A DNA stretch of 64,000 nt from Candidatus Eiseniibacteriota bacterium. Lineage in GTDB: Bacteria; Eisenbacteria; RBG-16-71-46. Numbering within the stretch: the stretch's first letter is position 1; the number at the start of each line of letters is the position of its first letter. The stretch spans positions 384,001 to 448,000 of the forward strand of contig CAVZLN010000006.1 of the NCBI GenBank assembly GCA_963776245.1, in the 5' to 3' direction. The notes beneath the pieces were generated by a model. That model had not been told where the DNA came from. It worked only from the letters and a program-made list of their open reading frames with translations, and did not search any database. Of this stretch, positions 10,384 to 20,075 are shown piece by piece. The translations under genes and the position numbers were made by a program.

Positions 10384-12822
10384 GTGCGGGGCTCCTCGAA
10401 GGTGCGGCCGAGCCACGCGGCCAGCACCACGGTGAGCGACGAGGCCGGCATCAGGATGGCGGCGATGAGCGGATCGATCACGCCCGCGATGGCGAGCCCG
10501 GCGCCCACCACGTTGTAGGCGAGCGAGAACACGATGGCGCGGCGGATCACCCGCATCACCCGGCCGGCGCCCTCGATCAGCGCCAGCAGCGACGACAACC
10601 CGGTGCGCGCGAGGAAGACGTCCGCCGCCGCGAGGCACGCCTCGGCGCCACCGCGCATCCCCACGCCCACCGTCGCGCGCGCGATCGCCGCGGCGTCGTT
10701 GACGCCGTCGCCCACCATCACCACCGGGCCCTCGAGCGCCAGCGCCTCGATGGCGCGCAGCTTGTCCTCGGGGCCGGCCCCTCCGCGACAGTCCGCGGGC
10801 GCGAAGCCGAGCGCGGCGCCCACGGCCTCGACCACCGCCGGGTCATCGCCCGAGAGCAACGACAGCCGCCAGCCCTTCGCGCGCAGCGCCGCCAGCGCGG
10901 CGTGCGCGTCCGGGCGGATCGGATCGCCGAAGCCCGCGCGGGCCACCACGCGGCCGTCCACCGCGATCAGCACCGGGGTGAGCGTCGCTCCTCCGGCCGC
11001 GCCCGGTGCCGGGTCGCCGGCGGCGCGCACGCGCACGAACGCGGGCGAGCCCACCACCACCCGGCGCCCGCCGACCGTGCCCTCGATCCCGCCCCCCGCC
11101 GTGCTCACCACGTCCGCGGCATCGAGTCCCGCGACGCCGGGCCACGCGTCGCGGAAGCCGGCGGCCAGCGGGTGCCCCGAGCACCGCTCGAGCGCCAGGA
11201 TCAGCGGCTTCACCTCCTCGGGCCCCTCCCACGCCGCGAGCGTCGATCGTCCCTCGGTCACCGTGCCCGTCTTGTCGAGCACGAGACGCGCCGGGCGCGC
11301 GAGGGCCTCCAGCGCGTCGCCGCCCTTCATGAGCACGCCGGCGCGCGCGGCGCGGCCGATGGCGACGGTGACGGCGAGCGGCGTCGCGAGGGCCAGCGCG
11401 CACGGGCAGGTCACGACCAGCAGCGCGATCGCGTAGTCGAGCGCGCGCGCGGGCGCCCGCCAGGTCCAGAGCGCGAACGTGCCGAGCGCCAGCACCAGCA
11501 CCACGCCCACGAAGACGCCGGCGAGCGAGTCCGCGGTGCGCACCACCGGGGCGCGGCGCCGTGCGCCGGCCTCGACCTCGCGCAGGACACGGCCGATGCG
11601 GCTGGTCTCGCCCGCCCGCTCGACGCGCACGCGGAGGGGCGAGGTGCGATTGAGCGTGCCCGCCCACACCGCGGCGCCGGGCGCCGCGAGCACCGGCCGG
11701 GTCTCGCCGGTGAGCAGCGACACGTCCAGATCGGAGGCTCCGGCCAGCACGGTGCCATCCGCGGCGAGCGTGTCCCCCGGGCGCACGTCGAGCGTCATGC
11801 CGGGCAGCAGGGCCTCGGTCGGGAGCTCGCGCACCCCGCCCGCGTCGTCCACCACCCGCGCGGCCGAGGGTGAGAGCGCGTAGAGCAGTTCCGCCGAATC
11901 GGTGGCCGCGCGCTGGGCGCGCTGCTGGAGGAAGCGGCCGACCAGCAGCAGGAACACCAGCGTGGTCACGCCGTCGAAGTAGATCGGCCCGCGGTCGGTG
12001 ATGGTGTTGATGGCGCCGCGCACGAACCCGGCGCCCAGCGCCAGCGCGATCGGCAGATCCATGTGGAGCGTCCGCGTCCGCAGCGCCGCCCAGCCGCCGC
12101 GGAAGAACACCATCGCCGGCCCCATCGCGGCGACGGTGAGGATCAGGCTCACCCAGCGGAAGTAGCGCTCGTACTCGGGCTCGATGTGTCCGAACCAGCC
12201 GCTGTAGATGGCGAGCGCCACCGTCATCACGTTGCCGGCGATGGCGCCGGAGACGCCGATGCGGACCAGCATCGCGCGGTCCTCGGCACGCCGCATCCGC
12301 TCGGCTTTCACCCCGCGGAACGGGTGCGGCCGGTAACCGAGCGTGTCGAGGAAGCGCGCGATCGCCGAGAGCGGCAGCGCCGCGGCGTCCCAGGTGACCC
12401 GCGCCACCGAGCGGCGCACGTCCAGCTCGGCGCTCGCCATCCCCGCGAGGCGGAGCGGCACGCGCTCCACCAGCCACACGCAGGAGCCGCAGTGCACGCC
12501 CTCGAGGTAGAGGTCGGTCTGCGACAGCCCGCGCGGCGAGCGGCCGGACGTGGAGCGCGTGGAAGGAGGCGTGGTCGAACTCCTCGAAGCTCCTGCCGCT
12601 GGCGCGCACCGGGGCGCGGCGACGCTCGGCCATGTCGTAGTAGCGCTCGAGGCCGCTCTCGTGGATGATCGCGTAGGCGGCGCGGCAGCCGTCGCAGCAG
12701 AACGGGAGCGCCGAGTCGCGCTCGAGCGGCCCGCGCGGCATGTCGAGGCCGCAGTGCGCGCACGTCACGGCGGTGCGCACATCGTCCGGGGCGTGGACGG
12801 CGGCGGCCTCGGCGACGCTCAT
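10380..12822 (-). CDS. ccoI: copper-translocating P1B-type ATPase CcoI/FixI (apparent frameshift at ~12530)
   Basis: N-terminal CAHC...FCCDGC and HCGSC metal sites, TGE, CPC, DKTGT, GDGVND. The N-terminal part lies in a different frame. Confidence 0.9.
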
Positions 12823-13619
12823 GGGGCCCCGGCGACGGCGGGCGCGGCGGAGTCCGCGGCCGCCCCGGCGCCGCCCGGCGTCGTCGCGCAGCAGTCCCCG
12901 CGGGCCGCCGCCCCCACCCCCACGCCGTGCCCGGATGGGACGGCGCGGGCGGCGAACGTGGTGGGGATGCGACCGGCCATCGTGAGCGCCCCCACGATCA
13001 CCAGCAGGCACGCGGTGACGGCGGGCAGGCGCTGGCGCAGCGGGCCGAACGCGCGCTGCGCGGCGAGGCCGAAGCCCGCCATCACCGGGACGGTGCCCAG
13101 CCAGAACGTGGCCATCACCAGCGCCCCCGCGAGCGGGGCGCCGGTGGCGGCGGCGGTGGCGACGAAGGCGTAGAGCCAGCCGCAGGGCAGGAGCGTGGAG
13201 AGCAGTCCGAGCGCGAGCGCGCGCACCTCGGGGGGCCGGGCGTGGAGCGCCCGCATCGCCGCGGCGATCCCGCGGTGCAACCCGGCGGGCGCGATCGTGG
13301 CCGGCAGGCGCACGCCGAGCGCGCGCAGCAGCGTGGCGCTGCCCCAGACCACCATCAGCAGACCGGCCAGCACCGCGGCCCCGCGCCCGACGCCGGCGGT
13401 GGCGCCCATGCGGTCCACCCCGGCGCCGAGCGCGCCCGCGATGCCGCCGAGGACGGCATACGACACCAGCCGGCCGCCGTTGTACGCCAGGTGCGGCCAC
13501 GGCCGCCGGTGGCCGCTCTCCTGGCCGGAGTAGAACACCACGAAGCCGCCGCACATGCCGGCGCAGTGCGGGCTGCCGAGCAGGCTTGCGCCGAGGATCG
13601 AGCCGACCAGCGCGATCAT
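12819..13619 (-). CDS. DsbD_2/TauE-like membrane protein of cbb3 biogenesis clusters
   Basis: GSPHCAGMCGG, YNGGRLVSY, LLPCGWLY, FWLGTVP motifs; ATGA overlaps at both ends. Confidence 0.85.
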   Translation of the reverse strand: MIALVGSILGASLLGSPHCAGMCGGFVVFYSGQESGHRRPWPHLAYNGGRLVSYAVLGGIAGALGAGVDRMGATAGVGRGAAVLAGLLMVVWGSATLLRALGVRLPATIAPAGLHRGIAAAMRALHARPPEVRALALGLLSTLLPCGWLYAFVATAAATGAPLAGALVMATFWLGTVPVMAGFGLAAQRAFGPLRQRLPAVTACLLVIVGALTMAGRIPTTFAARAVPSGHGVGVGAAARGDCCATTPGGAGAAADSAAPAVAGAP

Positions 13620-14104
13620 CCCGCGGCCCTCGACCCGGTGTCGCACGAGAGCCGGCGCAGGTAGCGTTCGGCGCCGCGCGTGGCCTCGAGGTCGAGCTCC
13701 CACAGGCCGCGCCGGCCCAGCGGCAGCGTCCCGGCGTACGCGCCGATGCCCACCCTCGCGAGCGGCGCGGTGACCGGGTGCGCGGCCGCCCGATTGTGCA
13801 CCGCGGTGACCCGCACCTGCGCGCCGTCCACCGGCGTCCCGGCGCGATCGGTGACCTGCACGCGCAGCGGCGCCGAGCCCCCGGCGTCCGGCCGGCCCAG
13901 TTCGACCGCGACCCGCCAGCCGAGCGCGTCGCTGCGCCGCTCCGCGGCGAGCGTGGAGTCGAAGGCCACCGCGCGGCGGTAGTAATCGCGCTCCACCACC
14001 GCGGCGTCCCGACCGTGGGCCGCCACCAGCAGGAAGACATTGGCGCCCACGGTCACGGCCAGCACCGCGACCACCGCCAGCGGCCACAGGCGCGCGGGCG
14101 TCAT
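13616..14104 (-). CDS. ccoH: FixH/CcoH family protein
   Basis: WPLAVVAVL...VERDYYRRAVAFD; GGGAG RBS before ATG at 14104. Reads in frame with ccoG in this sequence. Confidence 0.75.
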   Translation of the reverse strand: MTPARLWPLAVVAVLAVTVGANVFLLVAAHGRDAAVVERDYYRRAVAFDSTLAAERRSDALGWRVAVELGRPDAGGSAPLRVQVTDRAGTPVDGAQVRVTAVHNRAAAHPVTAPLARVGIGAYAGTLPLGRRGLWELDLEATRGAERYLRRLSCDTGSRAAG

Positions 14105-15544
14105 CGCCGCTCCCCGTCGTGGGGCTCGCCGGCGCTCGCGCCGCTCGGTCGCGTCGCCCGGCTCCGGGCCGATCAGGCGATAGGCGTAGGCCTGGTCGAA
14201 GCGCGCCCCGTCGCTGACCTGGAGCGCGATGTCCCGCGTGCCCGAGGGCATGGAGCCGCGCGGCGCCACCACGAACACCATCGCCGTGCCGGTGCCTCCG
14301 GCCGCGACCCGCAGCACTGGTGCCGGCATCACGAGCTGGAGATCGGGCGCGCCGGCCAGCGCGATCCGATACTCGCGCGGCAGGGAGCCGCGGTTCACCA
14401 CCTTCACGCGGATCAGGTTGGTGATCGCGCCGTCCACCCCGAGCAGGTAGGGTGCGCCGCCGGAGCGCAGCACGGTGATCTCGGCGTCGGTGCGGGTGCC
14501 GAGGTTGAACGCCAGCAGCCCGAGCGCCACCGCGAGCGCGAGCGGGTAGAGCACCACGCGCGGGCGCACCAGGCGTGCCGGCCGCCCCTCGAGCTGGTCG
14601 CGCGACGAGTACCGGATGAGCCCGGGCGGCTTGCCGATCTTCACCATCACCGAGTCGCACGCGTCCATGCACTGGGTGCAGTGGATGCACTCCATCTGGA
14701 GGCCATCGCGGATGTCGATGCCGGTCGGGCACGTGATCACGCACAGCCCGCAATCGATGCAGTCCCCGGCCCGCGCGGGGCGGTCCCGGGTGCCCTTCAA
14801 GCGCGGCTCGCCGCGGCCCGGGTCGTACCCCACGATGAGCGAGCGGCGATCGAGCAGCGCCGACTGCAGCCGGCCGTACGGGCACGCCACCAGGCAGGTC
14901 TGCTCGCGGAACCAGGCGAAGTCCAGGAACATCGCCACCGCGGTGACCGCCATCACCAGGAACGAGGTCGGATGCTCGATCGGCGAGCGCCGCACCCACA
15001 CCGCGAGCCGATCGACGCCGACGAAGTACGCCAGGAACACGTGCGCGAGCCCCATCGCGAGCACCGCGTAGATCGCCCACTTGAGCACGCGCCGGGGGTG
15101 TGGCCGGCGCTGCTCGTCCAGCGTCATGGAGCCGATGCGTCCGCCCTCGAGCCAGCGCTCGATGGGTCGGAACAGGAACTCCATGTACACGGTCTGCGGG
15201 CAGGTCCACCCGCACCACACCCGCCCGAACAGCGCCGTGAACGCGAACAGCGCGATGATCGCGCTGACCAGCAGCAGCATGAACAGCAGCGTGTCGGTGG
15301 CGAGGAACGTGGTGCCGAGCAGGGTGAACTCGCGCCGCGGCAGGTCGAGCAGGACCGAGGGCTTGCCGCCGACGCGCAGGTACGGCAGCGCGATGAACAG
15401 CGCCATCAGGGCGTACGCCACGGCGCGGCGCCGGCGCCACCAGACGCCGGCGGAAGGCCGGGGGCGGATCCAGCGGCGGGATCCGTCCTCGTTCAACGTC
15501 GACAGGACGCGTCCGGGCGGTGCCGGACCGGGTGCGATGCTCAC
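14101..15544 (-). CDS. ccoG: cytochrome c oxidase accessory 4Fe-4S protein CcoG/FixG
   Basis: GRVWCGWTCPQ, CPYGRLQ, CIDCGLCVITCP, GLQMECIHCTQCMDAC. 3' end uncertain because of the apparent fusion to ccoH. Confidence 0.9.
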
Positions 15545-15596
15545 GTCGGTGAGGGTCCCTCCGCGGCCAGGCAGATCCCGGCAGTCGGGCGGCGGC

Positions 15597-16208
15597 CTAC
15601 CTGGCCGCCGTCCCTTCCCGCCACTCTTCCAGCTTGTCGCCCTGGGGCTCCTTCGCCGTCGCCGGATGGGTGGAGTGCAGCGTCAGGACGAACGCCACCA
15701 GCGATTGCAGCTGCCGCGGTTCGAGCTGCGCGCCCCAGTTGGGCATGCCCTTGTCCAGCACGCCCCGGTCCACGGTGGTGTAGATCTGGCTCGGGGCATT
15801 GCCGTGGATCCAGTAGTCGTCGGTCAGGTTCGGTCCGATGTTGCCGCCGCCGTCGGGCTGGTGGCAGGCCGCGCACTTCTCGGTGAAGAGCTGGTGACCG
15901 GCGGCGACCCGGGCCGGGTCGCGGGTCAGGGCGAACAGCCCGGCATCATCCATCACGGCCGCCTTCGGCGCGCCCGCCCCGGCCGCGGCCTGCCGGGTCT
16001 CCCACTTCGCCATCTCGGCCTGGTAACTCGCCAGCCGGCCCTTGCCGCTGCCGACGCCCGGGATGACGTTCGCGAGATAGACCACCGAGAACGCGATCGT
16101 CACCCAGAAGATCCACACCCACCACCCGGGCATCGGATTGTCGTACTCCCGGATGCCGTCGTAGTCGTGCTCGAGGAGCGGGTCCTGCTTCCGATCGGGT
16201 TGGCTCAT
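15597..16208 (-). CDS. ccoP: cbb3-type oxidase subunit III, monoheme CcoP
   Basis: HDYDGIREYDNPMPGWW N-terminus, single CAACH, GPNLTDDYWIHG, GMPNW. Confidence 0.9.
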   Translation of the reverse strand: MSQPDRKQDPLLEHDYDGIREYDNPMPGWWVWIFWVTIAFSVVYLANVIPGVGSGKGRLASYQAEMAKWETRQAAAGAGAPKAAVMDDAGLFALTRDPARVAAGHQLFTEKCAACHQPDGGGNIGPNLTDDYWIHGNAPSQIYTTVDRGVLDKGMPNWGAQLEPRQLQSLVAFVLTLHSTHPATAKEPQGDKLEEWREGTAAR

Positions 16209-16402
16209 TCGTTGGCTCCTGAGCGGGTCGCGCCCGGAAGGTCGTCGTCGAGCGGCAATCGCGCCGCCTCGTCCATCTCGCGCTCCCGGCCGGGCCAGAA
16301 CGTGCGCACGGCGATGCCCGCGAACGCGATCAGGAACAGGATGAGGCCCACTTCCGCGTAGATCGCCAGACCGGCGCGCCCCACGATGTCCGACAGGCTC
16401 AT
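16205..16402 (-). CDS. ccoQ: cbb3-type oxidase small subunit CcoQ
   Basis: 65 aa, one TM helix, AARLPLDD motif; lies between ccoNO and ccoP with ATGA overlaps. Confidence 0.8.
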   Translation of the reverse strand: MSLSDIVGRAGLAIYAEVGLILFLIAFAGIAVRTFWPGREREMDEAARLPLDDDLPGATRSGANE

Positions 16403-18576
16403 CGGCTGGCTCCGGCCGGGGCCGGGTCGGCCACGGCGACGGCGGTGCGCTTGATGTCGATCCCGAGGCGCTGCAGGTAGGCCACCAGGGCGACGACCTC
16501 GCGGTCCTCGAGCCCCGACGGCCCGCCCTGCGCCACGATCGCGGCGGCGAGGGTCCGCGCCTGGGCGCGCGCCTGGCCCGCCGCGTCATGCACCGCGTCG
16601 CCGTAGGGCACGCCCAGCATCGCCATGACGTCGACGCGCTTCTGGATGCCCTGGAAGTCGATCCGCGCGGTCATCATGCCCGGGTACGGCGGCATGATCG
16701 AGCGCGGCGTGACCGCCCGCGGGTTCTCCATGTGACGCACATGCCACAGATCGTTGTACTTGCCACCCTCGCGCGCGAGGTCCGGGCCGATGCGGCGCGA
16801 GCCCCACAGGAACGGGTGGTCGTACACCGACTCGCCCGGTTTGGAGTACTCGCCGAAGCGCACCGTCTCGTGGCGCAGCGGCCGCACCATCTGCGAGTGA
16901 CAGTTGAAGCATCCCTCGCGGATGTAGAGGTCGCGCCCCGCCAGCTCGAGCGGCGTGTACGGCTTCACCGACGCGATGGTCGGCACGTTGGAGCGGATCA
17001 GGAAGGTGGGCACGATCTCGAACAGCGAGGCCACGATGACCGCGACCGCGACCCAGACCGAGAAGGTGAGCGGCAGTCCCTCCCACGCGCGGTGCCAGCC
17101 CAGCCCGAAGAAGCCGCCGGGCGCCGGCTCGCGGCCGACCGCCTTCTCGAGCGCCGGCGCCTGGATGACCGGCTCCTCGTAGGCCGCCGGGCGCGACCTC
17201 CAGGTCATCAGGATGTTCCAGCCGAACAGCACCATGCCGAGCAGGTAGAGCGCGCCGCCCATCACGCGCGCCCAGTACATCGGCATCAGACGCATGGTGG
17301 TCTCGATGAAGTCGGGGAACTGGAGACGGCCGGTGTCGTCGAACGCCCGCCACATCAGCCCCTGCGTCAGGCCCGCGCTGTAGATCGCGGCCACGTACAG
17401 GATGATGCCGAACAGCGCGAACCAGAAGTGCGCTTCGGCGAGCCGGCGGCTGTAGAGCCGGGTCTGGAAGATGCGCGGCAGCAGCCAGTACACCATCCCG
17501 AAGGTGAGGAAGCCGTTCCAGCCCAGCGCGCCGGTGTGCACGTGCGCGATGATCCAGTCGGTGTAGTGGGCGAGCGCGTTGACGCTCTTCACCGACAGCA
17601 TCGGGCCCTCGAACGTCGACATCATGTAGGCGGTGACCGCGACCACGAAGAACTTGAGCACCGGGTCGTCCACCACCTTGTGCCACGCGCCGCGCAGCGT
17701 CAGCAGGCCGTTGACGCCGCCGCCCCACGACGGCATCCACAGCATCACCGAGAACAGCATGCCGAGCGTCGAGGCCCACTCCGGCAGCGCGGTGTAGTGC
17801 AGGTGGTGCGGGCCGGCCCAGATGTAGATGAACACCAGCGACCAGAAGTGCAGGATCGAGAGCCGGTACGAGAACACCGGGCGCTCCGCCGCCTTGGGCA
17901 TGAAGTAGTACATGAGGCCCAGGAACGGCGTGGTGAGGAAGAACGCCACCGCGTTGTGCCCGTACCACCACTGCATGAACGCGTCCTGCACCCCGGCGTA
18001 GATCGAGTAGCTCTTGAACAGGCCGGCCGGGACCGCGAGGTTGTTGAAGATGTGCAGGATCGCCACGGTGATGATGCTGGCGATGTAGAACCAGATCGCC
18101 ACGTACAGATGGCGCTCGCGGCGGCGCGCGATGGTGCCGAAGAAGTTCACCGCGAACACCACCCACACCACCGCGATCAGGATGTCGATCGGCCATTCGA
18201 GCTCGGCGTATTCCTTGGCCTGCGTGAAGCCGAGGGGCAGCGTGAGCGCCGCGCCCACGATGATCGCCTGCCAGCCCCAGAAATGCAGGCGGCTGAGCAG
18301 GTCGGAGAACATCCGCGCCTTCAGCAGGCGCTGGGTCGAGTAGTACGCCCCGCAGAAGAACGCGTTGCCCGCGAACGCGAAGATGACGGCGTTGGTGTGC
18401 AGCGGGCGCAGCCGGCCGAAGGTCAGGAACGGGGGCAGGTTGAGGCTCGGCATCGCCAGTTGGAGCGCGACGATCAGGCCGACGAGCATGCCCACGAATC
18501 CCCACAGGAAGGTCGCGGTCATGAACTTCCGCACGATCGCGTCATCGTAGGTGAACGATTCGAGTCGGTCGTTCAT
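16399..18576 (-). CDS. ccoN: cbb3-type cytochrome c oxidase fused subunits I/II (CcoNO)
   Basis: FGRLRPLHTN, WWYGHN, WAGPHH, AHVH, followed by CcoO motifs REGCFNCHSQMVRP and WGSRRIGPDL. Confidence 0.96.
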   Translation of the reverse strand: MNDRLESFTYDDAIVRKFMTATFLWGFVGMLVGLIVALQLAMPSLNLPPFLTFGRLRPLHTNAVIFAFAGNAFFCGAYYSTQRLLKARMFSDLLSRLHFWGWQAIIVGAALTLPLGFTQAKEYAELEWPIDILIAVVWVVFAVNFFGTIARRRERHLYVAIWFYIASIITVAILHIFNNLAVPAGLFKSYSIYAGVQDAFMQWWYGHNAVAFFLTTPFLGLMYYFMPKAAERPVFSYRLSILHFWSLVFIYIWAGPHHLHYTALPEWASTLGMLFSVMLWMPSWGGGVNGLLTLRGAWHKVVDDPVLKFFVVAVTAYMMSTFEGPMLSVKSVNALAHYTDWIIAHVHTGALGWNGFLTFGMVYWLLPRIFQTRLYSRRLAEAHFWFALFGIILYVAAIYSAGLTQGLMWRAFDDTGRLQFPDFIETTMRLMPMYWARVMGGALYLLGMVLFGWNILMTWRSRPAAYEEPVIQAPALEKAVGREPAPGGFFGLGWHRAWEGLPLTFSVWVAVAVIVASLFEIVPTFLIRSNVPTIASVKPYTPLELAGRDLYIREGCFNCHSQMVRPLRHETVRFGEYSKPGESVYDHPFLWGSRRIGPDLAREGGKYNDLWHVRHMENPRAVTPRSIMPPYPGMMTARIDFQGIQKRVDVMAMLGVPYGDAVHDAAGQARAQARTLAAAIVAQGGPSGLEDREVVALVAYLQRLGIDIKRTAVAVADPAPAGASR

Positions 18577-18647
18577 CGGGTCTCCTGGGTGGGATCGGAT
18601 CCGTCCGCGCCCCCGTCCAGCCCGGGCGCGGGTCCTGGGAGCGCGCG

Positions 18648-18681
18648 CCGTAACTTACGGTCGCGGTCCGACGCGGGTCAA
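18648..18681 (-). promoter_or_regulatory. putative cco promoter with a palindrome over the -10
   Basis: TTGACC-18 nt-TAAGTT on the minus strand; palindrome CCGTAA-C-TTACGG at 18648-18660. Confidence 0.45.
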
Positions 18682-18733
18682 GGCCGGGTGGCGTCTTGTC
18701 GCCCGCGCGCGGCGTCGTGCATAGTCGTGAGCC

Positions 18734-19987
18734 ATGACACGCGCGCCCCGCCCCCGCACCTCGCTCGGCAAGGACCGCATCCACGTCCTGTTGCTCGAAG
18801 GGGTCCACCGCAGCGCCGTCGAGTGCTTCGAGTCCGACGGCTACTCCCGGATCACGCTCGCCGCCCACGCGCTCCCTCCCCGCCGGCTCGCCCGCGCGCT
18901 GGCCGACGCGCACATCCTCGGCATCCGCTCGCGCACCCGGCTCACCGCCAGCGTGCTCGAGGCGGCGCCGAAGCTGATGGCGATCGGGTGCTTCTGCATC
19001 GGCACGGACCAGGTGGATCTCGCCGCCGCGCGGCACCGCGGCATCCCGGTGTTCAACGCGCCGTTCTCGAACACGCGGAGCGTGGCCGAACTGGTGCTCG
19101 CCGAGATCGTGATGCTGCTGCGGGCCATCCCGGCGAAGAATGCCGCGGCGCACCGCGGCGAGTGGATCAAGTCAGCCGCCGGCGCCCGCGAGGCGCGCGG
19201 CAAGGTGCTCGGCATCGTGGGCTACGGCCACATCGGCACCCAGGTGGGCCTGCTCGCGGAGTCCCTCGGCATGCGGGTGGTGTACCACGACATCGTGAGC
19301 CGGCTGGCGCTCGGCAACGCCACCGCCGTGCGCACGCTCGACGCGCTGCTCGAACGCGCCGATGTCGTGACGCTGCACGTGCCCGAGAGCCCGCAGACCC
19401 GGCGGTTGATCGGCGCGCGCCAGATCGCGCGCATGAAGGCGGGCGCCGCGCTCATCAACGCGTCGCGCGGCTCGGTGGTGGACCTCGACGCGGTCGCCAC
19501 GGCGCTCGAGGCGGGGCATCTGGCGGGCGCCGCGATCGACGTCTTCCCGCACGAGCCCGAGTCCAACGACGAGGTGTTCGACTCACCGCTGATCCACTTC
19601 GACCAGGCGATCCTCACCCCCCACGTCGGCGGCAGCACGGTGGAAGCGCAGGAGAACATCGGCGCCGAGGTGGCCGAGAAGCTGCTCCGCTACAGCAACA
19701 ACGGGACGACGCTCACTTCGGTGAACTTCCCCGAGGTGTCGCTGCCCGAGCACGCGGGCAAGCACCGGCTGCTCCACATCCACCGCAATCAGCCGGGCAT
19801 CCTGTCGCAGGTGAACGACGTGTTCTCCCGCCACCATGTGAACGTCGCGGCCCAGCACCTGCAGACCGACGCCCACATCGGCTACGTGGTCATCGATGTG
19901 GACCCGGGCGGCCGGGGGGACACGCGCCGGCTCCGGCGCGAGCTCGACGCCATCGAGGGCACCATCCGCACCCGGCTGCTCTACTGA
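18734..19987 (+). CDS. serA: D-3-phosphoglycerate dehydrogenase (ACT-domain, E. coli-like)
   Basis: GIRSRT, CFCIGTDQVD, NAPFSNTRSVAE, GYGHIG, TPHVGGST, C-terminal ACT domain (IHRNQPG). Confidence 0.95.
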   Translation: MTRAPRPRTSLGKDRIHVLLLEGVHRSAVECFESDGYSRITLAAHALPPRRLARALADAHILGIRSRTRLTASVLEAAPKLMAIGCFCIGTDQVDLAAARHRGIPVFNAPFSNTRSVAELVLAEIVMLLRAIPAKNAAAHRGEWIKSAAGAREARGKVLGIVGYGHIGTQVGLLAESLGMRVVYHDIVSRLALGNATAVRTLDALLERADVVTLHVPESPQTRRLIGARQIARMKAGAALINASRGSVVDLDAVATALEAGHLAGAAIDVFPHEPESNDEVFDSPLIHFDQAILTPHVGGSTVEAQENIGAEVAEKLLRYSNNGTTLTSVNFPEVSLPEHAGKHRLLHIHRNQPGILSQVNDVFSRHHVNVAAQHLQTDAHIGYVVIDVDPGGRGDTRRLRRELDAIEGTIRTRLLY

Positions 19988-20014
19988 CCCGACGCGGCGA
20001 CCGGGGGAGAGTGA

Positions 20015-20044
20015 AGGCCCGTGGAGCTCGCGCTCCACGGGCCT
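20015..20044. terminator. hairpin between convergent serA and the repeat-protein gene
   Basis: aggcccgtggagc-tcgc-gctccacgggcct, 13-bp stem. Confidence 0.6.
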
Positions 20045-20075
20045 CACGTTCAACCGCAGAATGCCCGCTACGCGG

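Noticed and set aside
15541..15876. 111-aa ORF between ccoP and ccoG
   Set aside because: Largely overlaps ccoP in another frame and has no motif; at most it hints at a further indel near the ccoP 3' end.
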